Below are positions 24,301 to 35,800 of a stretch of 64,000 nucleotides of DNA, piece by piece. The notes under the pieces were generated by a model. The model was not told where the DNA came from and did not search any database. It saw nothing but the letters and a program-made list of their open reading frames with translations. Source of the DNA: Bugula neritina (taxonomy: Eukaryota; Animalia; Bryozoa). The translations under genes were made by a program, and so were the position numbers. The stretch covers positions 8,360,722 to 8,424,721 of the forward strand of contig OZ037766.1 in NCBI GenBank assembly GCA_964035545.1, in the 5' to 3' direction. Numbering within the stretch: position 1 is the stretch's first letter; each line of letters starts with the position of its first letter.

Positions 24301-25513
24301 GTGGAGGAAAAGTTGAAGGAGGGGTTGACCACAAGTAATGAGTCATTGTCCGAAGCCATGCATCGACTTTTCCAAACGATTTCCCAGCAAAACCTCAATA
24401 ATCAGCAGCTAAAGAACTCCAAGTCTTCAACTTCTAGTTTCGAATCGGTGTTGTGGGCTTTGACTGATTCCACACCGGAAGAGTATAAGAATGTTGACAT
24501 TCGGGAATACAACATTCAGAGACAGAAGAACCACAGGGAAGCAACTCCTACCACCTGTGGGTGCTCTCAGGGAGTGAAATGTGAACGGAAAAATCCCTGT
24601 TTTTCAACTGTTATTCGCTCTTCATCTCCTGACGAAAATGTTAATATTTCATTCCCTAACAGAGCAGCTCTGAGCCGATCACCAATAGCTCGGAGGACAA
24701 CTCCTCACAACCAGCCCAAGGAGCACAGCTTTTCGGATACTATGGTATGTTACAATTTGTTTTATTGCTAGCAGCAATGTTAGTCTTTATAAAACTTCAT
24801 TGTTTTGAGCTTAAAAGGCTTTCACATTTTTATTCTTCATTCCAACAAGTAAATTAGTGACAGAAACTAGGGCATAAAAATATCTCTCGGAATACTTATA
24901 AGAGTAAATGAAGGCTTCAAGTACAAATTATATTAACATGTTACTTTTCATTTAGATTTTGATGGGTTCAAGTTTTAAGATCTCTAAAGTTATTTATAAA
25001 CAATGTTGCAGGCTACTGCAGAGGAAATGAAAAGCAATATGCTGTCAGAAAGTTTGTATATTGGCGGTAGAGGCAGAAGTAAATCCAAAAAAGCAAAATA
25101 TTTTAGATCTTCCAGGTTTGTTCTTTTTCTTTGTCATTGAACTTATTATTGGGATACATTTAAGCATCTCCCATAGTTTAAATATTTTAATCAGTATAAT
25201 TATTATGGGTTTGGTTTTGTTGATTTTACAAACTTGCGACAACTGCATAGCTCGTTTTCTAGAAGAAGAAGAATTGGTACACAGTCTTTCTGATTTAGTA
25301 GCGTAGGTTTGGAAAATTGTTATTTCATGTTGCTAATTAAAATTATTTTGATAAAATTAAAATGTTTAAGGTAAAAGTTTTGTTCTGATTTCAAATATTT
25401 GATATTATTTTATATGTTGTTGTAGATTAGCAAAGAAATTGTGCCCCTATTGTCATCAAAGTGTCACCAGGTTGAGGCAGCATCTTCAGTCAGCACATCG
25501 CAGGTGCCTGTGA
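18348..25513 (+). CDS. Divergent SKICH-domain / coiled-coil / C-terminal C2H2 protein (TAX1BP1/CALCOCO/NDP52-like architecture), 14 coding exons, ~920 aa
   Basis: Exons approx. 18348-18445, 18812-19001, 19574-19709, 19844-19971, 20420-20626, 20947-21176, 21458-21588, 21955-22105, 22580-22678, 22775-22882, 23273-23421, 23804-24744, 25012-25115, 25426-25513 splice in one open frame. The N-terminus AAFLGIKKAYLPGEQLLLTY...EYQFVYISYESGKVIGQSHQFRI resembles SKICH (VIF.NV.K.YLP...YQFCYV...G.S.PFQF). There is a heptad-rich middle and a C-terminal KLCPYCHQSVTRLRQHLQSAH. Confidence 0.72.
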
Positions 25514-26164
25514 GTTCTCACCACACTCATCTACCTATCAGCACATTAGAGAACCTGCCTTCATAGCAACTCTAATCACAAATCTTTATATTTTCAAACT
25601 TTATTATAGGATTTAACTTGTACAACCGGAAGGGATCATTTCTAAAAGTAAACAAATAAACACCTGCAAAATTGCATATCTATGACCTTCATTTATAAAA
25701 TGCTATTCAATTGCACCTGTGTGAAACTCGAATACATTCATTTTCTGCTAGTAAAAATCTAGTTTACCTATACTTGCAAAAAAAATTGTGTTATAAAAGA
25801 CATCAAAATTCATCAATCTTTCTATATACACCATTACCATTAGTACTAAATGCTACAACAAACTTGGTTCAGTTATTTTTAAAATTAAGCTTAATATCCA
25901 ATAACAAAACAGAGATGGTGAATGTGATCTACCAACTATAGAAATACAGCTTGTTGAATAATGTAAGGAGGCTATTGTCCAGTTGCTTTAATTATTGCAA
26001 AACAATAATGACCATCCTAGTTGATACATAACGAATCACAAAGCATTTGTAGAGATTCTAGGTCTAAATAACACTTGAGGAAACATGCATAAAGTTGTCA
26101 AAAAAGTTTCTCAACAACTATAACTAATTGTTGCAGTTTACCCTGTAACAATAATAAATTAAAG

Positions 26165-29100
26165 TCAGGACTTTTTGACTTTTGTGTCAGTAGCTACAAC
26201 TCCATTAACAGGTTCAGTTCGGGCTCTCCTCAATGCGTCCCACATGCCGCCAAAAATTACAGAGCAGATTAGGTTTTCGAATGGAAGGAATGGGTCCTTA
26301 GTGCTGAGTAGCATCATAGAAAGTCTTAGGTAAATGAGTACAGCCATTGAGCAAGAGAAGAGAACCGAGTGCTCTACGTGGATGACTTCAGCGGATCTCA
26401 GTACAAACAGCAACGAAATAACAGTACTGGCCTTGGCTACGCTGCAAAACCATAGAAATATTATGTATGCATACATTGACATCTAGAGTACATACAATTC
26501 TTCATTCAGTTATAATATTAGTCTTAGTCGTATATTAACACTTGACAAAAACCAAAATAATTTTTGCAAAAATGAAAAGTAAAAGTGTGGTATTCGTAAG
26601 CTACTTGATACAGAAAAAAATTGAAGCATGCATATTATAACATACATTTACTATAAATATTTAAATATTTCACAAAGTTGAAACATGCACACACTGCAAT
26701 ATGACATTTAGTAATACAGATGCATAAGACAAAAAAGACAGCTTTCAAAAGGCAGGATGAAGACTAAGTAGAGCAAACAAAGAAATAACAATTTTCTAAA
26801 GAGATACTTGATTGCTAAAACCCATCTGTTGCTGCTACAGTTAGAGAGATTGAACTGAATAAAAAATTAGCTTTTTGCAATTGCAAAGATGAGGAAAGAG
26901 AAAATATATTTCAATGTTTAGATATCTATGAAATTACTAAGTGAATCGTTCGTAAAAATACCAAATTTGGAACAGTATTTTATGATCATATCATATTTAT
27001 TATACACCGACTTTGAATGAGAGGCACAAGCTCTAAATTATAATGCATAAAAAGAAAGGCAATCTCTACATAATTATACTTACAAACTGGGTTGCAGTAG
27101 CTCATTGCTGTTGGGTGCCCAGTAGCCACGAACAAACCTTTCGAAAGGTTTCATCCAAACATATGAACTTCCTAAAAGCAACACAAACTACATAGGTGAC
27201 AACATTTCTACTTACAGTGAGTGAAGGATAGGTGTAGAACACAATAACACATGCATTTAGTGTAAATCACTTGACAGCAGCTTGAGTAGTTTTTACAAAA
27301 ATATATTACATTATTTGTATTACTTATAAACGAAATAATTAGGTACAAAATTCCTGAGTAACAACTCAACACTGTAGAATACAGGAGCAGACAAACCTTT
27401 GAGCAGACCGGCTACAACTTGCAGCAGATATTGAGTTGGAAATTTCTTATACGCAAGAAGAACTCCGGCATTAATTCCGTAAACACGATGAACTTCCTTC
27501 ATTAATGATATAATTAGCTTGAAGAGTTTAAATGACAGCAGACGATAAACAATGTCAGCTGGAGTGTAGTTGATAGCATACCTGCAACAGGCAGATATTG
27601 GGCTATAGATGAGCTTATAGATGCAACTATAGTTTGAACAGTTATTTAGTTTATACAAGTATATACTGTAATCTGTATACAGTTTATATTAATATAATTA
27701 TAAGTGATACACATACAATGCATATGTATTGCAAATTATAGATTATATAACTTAATATAATATGGAAATTATTGCCTACATAACTATATATACATTCATT
27801 TAGCTCTATAATTGAAAAAAATGTGCTGTCTTGCAGCTTCTCATTCAAACAACAAACATGTTTAACTGGTAGCATACTAAACAAAGCAAGTCCAAGGCAA
27901 GCTGTCAATCGTTGACAAGCCACACCCTGCACTATTCCTTAACCACACCCTATCTAAAGGTCACTGAGTGGCCATGTACTAACTAGAGTGTGAAAATAAT
28001 ATTAATAAGTTAACTAAGAAAGATAGGAACCTACTAAGTGCAGTGTACTTACCACACAGCCGTGGCTATGAGTATGCTGTGAGGATTATTTAGCAGAGAG
28101 GCTAGTGGGGTGTTGAAGAGCAGACATAGCCAGATCTGACTGGCAAAGCACATGAGCATACTGCTAAACCACAGGGCCAGTGGGTGGTGCCTTGAGAATG
28201 GGAATGCTGCTGAAAGTTCATAGTAATATCATTGTTAGAATGCACCAGTAAAACAGTGCATAACCTGGTTAACAAATTTCAAAATTGCTTTGCCAAAAAA
28301 CTCAGCAGGTTGACATGCAAATTGTTCATGTTATGTAGCTTAGTTAAATGTATACGTAGAGGTGTCAGTAACTAGTTAATTTTTCCACACTTTTTCAAAG
28401 TAAATATAAAAATTCAAAACCCACGATGCACACATCAGGTAAAATCTTAGGAAATGACCAACTAATGAATGCCTTAAGTATAATTTAAGAGTTTTACAGC
28501 AATTTCAATAAAGTTATATATAAACACAATGATTTATCATTTTATAAAATATTCAGAGAGAATTATAGACGCAGATTCAAACAGTTTGTACACAGGCAGG
28601 GTGATAAGAAAACAAGCGACAAAGCCCTACCAACAGTAGCTTCTCCATCTAAAAAAATACAGCTCTTTTAAAAGGAACTCGACACATTTTGTAGTATAAA
28701 ATTGTTACATAACAAGTTACAACCAACATGTACTTTTTGATAGAAAATACATTATTGTTGTTTACCAACACAGCCTGTCACTTATACATTGTCTAAGTCT
28801 TAGTCATTCTCAAACAGACAATTTAGAACAAATTCAAAGGAATTATACAAGAAAAAGAGTTGACTATACAGTCTATATTCTATGGTATATATTACAAATT
28901 GTATATATGCTCCATATAATTCTGTATATACGAGTATATTGCATATACTCTACATACACTGTGCATATAGTCTATAACTTTCATGAACTTTTAATATAGG
29001 TGATGTTTATAACTCCTACTAAAGCATTATTAGCAAACACGTAGCAAACCACCAATCATAAATTAATAAGTATAAATGCTGACTGACTAACTAGGGAATG

Positions 29101-31989
29101 AATAGAGTATAGACACGTGTAGTTTAGCACATTACATTGCAGGCTGCTTCCTCAGGCTGCTAAGAAAACTTAGGAATGTTAGACATAATATATTCTTTTT
29201 TAAATTATGGGTTGTGAATTCTTGTTCAATCTGCAAAACCCCAGACATGCGCTTCACTTGAAATCTTAACAGTGTCGAGCAACATATTTAAAATATGCAT
29301 ATTAAATAGTGCCACTGCTGGTTTTATCTAGCTGCTGTATAGTTATCATAGTACTGCATTATGTTCTTCAATCTACAGCATTAAAAACTAAAGTGAATTA
29401 GCTACAATACTCCTACAGATATTTTTACTAGATTGGACCAAGCTTTTGGTGGTAACTAAAAAGTAATTTGGAGTAAAATCTGGCAAAACTGATCAGATTT
29501 TAACCCAAAGCTTTCTTTTTCAACAAATATTTTAATGAGCTCCTCATAATAAACTTTATTTTAGTGTTACTATATTTATTATATTAGTCCTTGATGATAC
29601 TGGTATATACATACATGATACTATAGCTGTAGTAAGTAACTAGTATACACAGACTATAGCTGTAGTAAGTAACTAGTATATACATACTATAGCTGTAGTA
29701 AGTAACTAGTATACACAGACTATAGCTGTAGTAAGTAACTAGTATATACATACTATAGCTGTAGTAAGTAACTAGTATATAGTATATACAGACTATAGCT
29801 GTAGCTGACTATCTTTCTGTGGCCTGTAAACGTGGGTTTGACATTTATGTGAGTTGGTAAAGTATGAAAGCTGGTGTAAGCTATTACAGGGCCTCCTCTG
29901 GGATATACTGATTAGTTTGCTGTATAAAGTGACAAGTGGTAGGAAGGGCAGTCTCTGAAATTTCATTTAACATACAGTTGACAGGTGGTAGGCGAATGCA
30001 GAGGTCCGAGTTTTAGTTGTGATACAAACTAAGCAATCAATCAGACTAGGTGGTTCAACAGTGCCTGGCTGAACTACCATCTATGCCTGTTTCAGTAAAT
30101 TTATCACTTATTTACTAGTAGACATGCTTCACACTGCAACATATGTTTTACATATAAAAAGTTACACAAAATATTATATCTTGTATTATAAAATACTGCT
30201 AATTATTAGTATAATAAATATAAGTGTGCCACTTGACCAATCTCTTTTTACACAAACCAAATATTGTAATCATTAAAGCACACATACAAGACTGCCGATG
30301 TACATTGTTTGGACATTATATACCATATACGGTTTGAGTAGCTCATATGTACATGCATCTTCTCCTGTGATTTGCATTGGCTAGTAGTAGATGCTCATTT
30401 TACAATAAATGCTAAGGAATAAAGTTGGGCTACCATGTGGTATATGCAGTTCATTATGAGAAACAGATTTCAATTGAAAAATTACTATGAAATAGAGCTG
30501 GTAATGTGCTTGCAGTTCCCAGTTAATGAAGCATCTACTGGACTACTAATTATAGGAAAATGAGAGATGGGTGATAATTATAGTCTATAGTAGTACTGCA
30601 AGCAAGTCCATATTCTAGAAACTAGATTAACAAATTAACATCAGGCAAACTATAACAGTGTATAAAGAATATAAAGCCTTTACTATAGGAGCTGTTAACT
30701 TTCACAATAAGTTCAGAAATGATATAATAAGCTAAAAAGTTATCTTCTAGCCTTGCAAAAAGTAGGTCTTTAACTAAAAGGCAAAAAATAAAAAGCAGCT
30801 TGGATTATGAGCAAGATCTTAGATTTTATATTCCAGAAAAATGACTTAAAACTAGTTATTCTTCTGTCATGTGGCTAGCTTTCAGAGAAATAAACAAGAA
30901 GTTACCCAAGACACCCATCTATTATAAATTTGATAGAATTGAAAGATGGCATATGTCATTCATTAGCTTTGTCAATCGATGATCACTCATTTAAATTTTA
31001 ATACAAGGAAATCCTTACAACGAAAAGTTTTGAGTTTTAAATACGTATAAATCAAATTATTCTTAACCTAAACTATCTTGCGATAGTTGTAAAATAATTT
31101 TTATTGCAGACTTGACTAACTTATGCAATGTTTTAGAAAACACTTTGCTACTGTTAGCAGTGTTTTAGTTAAAATTAAGAATATGCGACTACTTTTTAGG
31201 ATAGGTGATCTATTGCAACACAAAATCTATTTTTTAGAATCTATCAGTTTTGGGGAGATATACTAAAAGTTGAACCCTTTCAAAGAGAGCTTGTAGGAAC
31301 TTAATTTTCAGAGTAGAGAAACTATTTAGTTTGAGGCTAAACATTGAATTTTGTGTTTATGGATTAATATAATTGTAAGGAAATAGTGTACCTGGATTCT
31401 AATTAAATAATATATTCACAAATGGTTGCATAAAAGCAATTAAATATACTTGCTATCAGAGTAGAATTTCTAGAGCCAATAATCTAGTATAAGATGCAAA
31501 GATGGTTATTTATTTTAATGTTGTTTGGTTAAGCAAACTAAAAACTTTCTAAAATTAAACTAGGCTAAAAACAGTTTATGCACCTATATCCCATAAACTG
31601 GCCCCAGACTTAAATTGAATTTGCAATTGAAGTGATTTAATGTGAAAATTGATATTTTTCAATGTGCTGGCAAATAATGTCATTTGTACCTTTATGCAAT
31701 AATTAGATTGCATAATGATAAAGGTGAAAATGTACAAAAATCATGTGAAGACTAAAAGAGTAAACATATATCTACTAAGTGTAAGCCCTCAAATATTATG
31801 GTATTGGGAAAACCTGCAGCTACGATACCTTCAAGTAGAGGGATATGCATTCTGAAACTTCATGGAAAACTCACCTGATTTTTGAACGTCTTCTTTCACA
31901 TTGATGCACATCATAGTGTAGTGAATCACATCAAAAACTGGGTACATTTTCAAATGAGTAGCTGCATCACAGAGCACATAAAAATCCAT
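26165..31989 (-). CDS. TMEM38: Trimeric intracellular cation channel (TRIC/TMEM38), 5 coding exons approx. 31989-31875, 28209-28052, ~27582-27398, ~27171-27084, ~26441-26165
   Basis: MDFYVLCDAATHLKMYPVFDVIHYTMMCINVKED...FSRHHPLALWFSSMLMCFA...ATAVWYAINYTPADIVY...MKEVHRVYGINAGV...KGSSYVWMKPFERFVRGYWAPNSNELLQPSFVAKAS...DPFLPFENLICSVIFGGMWDALRRA carries the TRIC family hallmarks. Exon 2 has a NAGNAG (CAGCAG) acceptor. Confidence 0.92.
29620..29804. repeat. 33-bp minisatellite (~5.5 copies, alternating A/B variants) in TMEM38 intron 1
   Basis: ACTATAGCTGTAGTAAGTAACTAGTATACACAG alternating with ...TATATACAT. Confidence 0.9.
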
Positions 31990-32245
31990 CTTTACTTATG
32001 AAAACTTATGTTTAAAAGAACAGAATTAGATATCCAAATACTGATTTTTCAAGTTTAAGAATTTCAACAGTGGTGTGTCATATAGACTGTATTATTACTA
32101 TACGACTCCGAACAGCCAACCTTCCGAAAAAGACCTGCTTTATCCCAAAATCTGTGGACCTTTGAGCTGTTAAAGCTCAATACGCTGTTGAGACCACCCC
32201 CACAGACAACTATGCTCCGGTTGATTAGCTTTACTAGTTGAATGA

Positions 32246-32253
32246 TCACGTGA
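32246..32253. promoter_or_regulatory. Palindromic E-box TCACGTGA (USF/MiT-TFE/CLEAR-like) upstream of TMEM38
   Basis: GTCACGTGAT on minus, ~260 bp upstream of the TMEM38 ATG, in the short gap after the TBC1D9 3' UTR. Confidence 0.4.
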
Positions 32254-32871
32254 CAAATGATTGACTACACAAAAGACAACTCCAAGTTGATTTTTGTGTT
32301 TAATAATTTTAAAAATATTTCCAAATGAAACACTTTTTTGTATCTAAATGGCTGTCATAAATATTTATAACAACGAACTACACTACAATACACAATTAAG
32401 TGGACTAAAATAATAATGCATGCCTCTTGGCTATTATAATATCAACAAACAAAAATTTGATATGTTTTGCATAAAATTTGCAGGGTTACACAAACAATAA
32501 AAATGTTGAGAAAGACAATCAAACTACCTCACACCAATATATACTCATTTTATGTTCAACAAAATTAAAAAACAGATCTGAAAATTAATTTTTCCAATAA
32601 AAATAAGATTTTTCAAGTGATGAAATGTAGCAATACGGATATAAGTGAATACCACAAAATAGTAATTCAAATAGCCAACGACTGCAGTGCACCTTGCAAT
32701 ATGGTGAATAAACTAAAGACTTTCACACACAGTCTTTGCACCTCAGTTTAGTTGCACAAATGAGATGCACGTTGATTTGTTGTAGAAAAATCGGAATGTT
32801 TCCAGAAAAGACGAATCACAGTAGTTATATGACTAGTGTAATATAATGTGTACATATGAATCCAAGACGGC

Positions 32872-35800
32872 CTATTTATTAAAAATAGAGTTAGTAGTAA
32901 CGACATTGTCGTCATTGGATGGTTTTAATCTCCTGTGTCGATAATTCTCTGCGACTTTAATAATATCAGTGTCTTTTTCGAAGATAGCCACCAGGTGAGG
33001 CTCGGTTAACATGGATGCTAAGAATTGTTCAAAGTTCACAGACCAATTAGGATCTGGTTGGCTTTCTTTTGAAGGGCTAGCTGACCCTTTCAACGTGTCG
33101 GCAGCGTCATCAACTGCTACTTCCTCTTTCATATAACACCTTTCTAGTTCCCGGACCACTTCTTCAGACTCGGGATCTGTTTCCTCCCCCTGACTGTCAG
33201 CTGGATGGAGTAACGGATCAGCCTTCTGCAATGAGCTGTGGACACTGTCCCCTTTGGCATGAGTGTGAGGACTGGAGTTGGCATCTCTTGTTTCTAGAGA
33301 CTCTACATCAGTTGTGTTGTGAGGAGAGTTGAATCCACTCTTGTACTGCTTACCCACCTCTCCTATCTGAAGCAGTAACGTAGCTACGGTGGATATAGAA
33401 TGATAAAGTTGTTGCTCATCAGGTGACCCCGTGCACATGTCATACAGGGTCTTCCACATCTGTATAAACTGCACCTGCAATTTAAAAAAAAATTATTTGC
33501 TGAAAAAAAAATTATCACAGTTTTGGTACAGCTGCTGCAACTGTAAGATAGTTTGTCGCCTAATCTAAAAATACCCTCTAACAAAAATTAAATACAAATT
33601 AATGTGCAATAAACTAGCTAACAAACTTATCAACATGACAGAAAACCTGCATATACCTATAAATTAATAAAATTTCAACAAATTTCTCTCATTACTACAG
33701 AAGCATCATTCAAATTTAGTAAAATGCACACAAAAGAGTAAAGAACGAATAACATAAATTGACTTTGAGTACTTTAGCACAAATATTTGTACAACTAAAG
33801 ATTTGTAATGGGCTGTCAATAGTGCTAGTGACATTATTGCATATACTGTGAGACAAAAACAGTACCTGGTTCATATGTGCCACATTCACCACGTCTGTCC
33901 TGCACATATCTGAGCTATCTAAACTTCTTTGTTTATACATCTCTAAAATACACATTAAAAAAACTTTAATCAAATAATGGTCTTTAGTGCAGAATAAAAA
34001 CTAATAAAATTTAATAAAACTAATAAAAACTGATATACAATTTAAATATATTTCTAGTTTTTACCCACAAAGCATTTATTTGATGTTGGTACTTGATACT
34101 ATTAAACATTGTATTGCTATCATGTAACAAAACCAATTAACAAAAATAGCTAATACTGTCAGTATACATAGCACAACTATTAATATTATTTTGAAAATAA
34201 ATTATAATGCATAATATTTATGCTAAAAAGTTCCAATAAAACTAATTTTATATATTAAGAACTTGATTAAGACTAAAGGTGCTGCATGTACATTCAAATG
34301 CAACAACATGAACAAACAACCTACCAATACTTGACGCCCTGAAGCTGCCGCTGGCTGGTGAATTGTGTTTAGACCGTGGCTGGGCAATGCTGGTAGGAAA
34401 TGACTTAGAGTGAGAGACTGATATTGGTTTAGAACTTGTGTGTGGAGAGGTTAAGTTCTCTATAGCCTCTGTGCCATCAGCTACAACAATTGGATATTGA
34501 AGAATACACAGGGTTTTGCAGACGACTGTTGGCTAACTTGAAGTTTGCAAGAAATGGCAGTTACTGAGAGTTTATTATATCAACAGCTATGATATATCAA
34601 ATAGAAGAGTAAAGTTTAATTTTATATTATATAATATTAATATTCACCAAGTTGCTGCAGCCACCATGAATACAGACACAAAACGTAATGTAAGCCAATA
34701 AAGAAATAGCAGCGTCAAGGTGACAGCGCCTAAATTATGCCATTTATTAGACACAGTTTAAAGTCTAACCATCTTTGGGGTCAGGTTCTGAAGCCTCAGC
34801 GCTGTTATCCGTCTCGCTGTCGGGAAGGGCAGGTGGTAAATGCAGTTTATAGAAGAGAAGTAACTTGTCAGCAAGATCTGATTTACAAGTGACACCAATG
34901 CACCAGGCAAACTGCTTGAAGTTGACAGTGTTCTGATTGTTTTCATCCAACAACTACAAGATCAACGTACAATATTATAACATAATACATAATATTTTTG
35001 CTATGCTTTGATATCTTAAAATTGATGCTGTACAATGCACACACTCTAAGGCTGTATCTAAGCTGTCTAGCAGTCATGTTTTTCATGCAACTACAGTTTT
35101 TTAAAACACACACTGCCATGCCGATTGTGCAGCAAGGTTAACTGTTTGTATACTGCAGGTGGAAACATTCACATCAACTATCTTGCCTAGTTAGTTAAGT
35201 ACAGAGATGCATGTTTGGTTTGGAGTTCAATTGCTTTTTTCATGTTCACATAAATTTTCATGCTACAAATTTCTGATAAAACTAGTATTGTTTAAAAAAC
35301 TGCAACTCTACTAAAAATACGTCTGTTTACTATTTCTAATTTAATCACACATAAATTGTACCAACTATTGACAAAATCAATCATCTCCCAAATTCTGGTG
35401 ATAAAAGAACAACTCAAAAACTGGTAGGCAATACAGAATAAGAATAATTATTGTCCTGAAAGTGTAACATTAGGCAGTAGAAGTGACAAAAATTTCACAC
35501 CAGCAGCTTTAAATATTTAAAAGTATAATATAAAAGAAATCATTGCAATTAATGGATGCACTTATAATGCAGGAGATAACTTCACTTATTAGTTGAATAG
35601 AGCAAAGCTGCAGCTGACAGCCTCAAATCATGTAGGACTAATAATCATTTTGAGTTAACTTATTTAAGGGAAATTAAAGGCTACTTGAGTTAGTTTCTGA
35701 AGCATAGCTTTTCAAGCACCAAAAACAAACCGTACTTGAGCCATGATGACTTAAAGGCAATAGGATTGGAGAGTAGCTGGTTGCATTGGTGAATTCTATT

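Noticed and set aside
23997-24398. 133-aa antisense ORF and similar opposite-strand ORFs (e.g. 38670-38927, 44653-44976, 56118-56381)
   Set aside because: They are shadows of real exons on the other strand.
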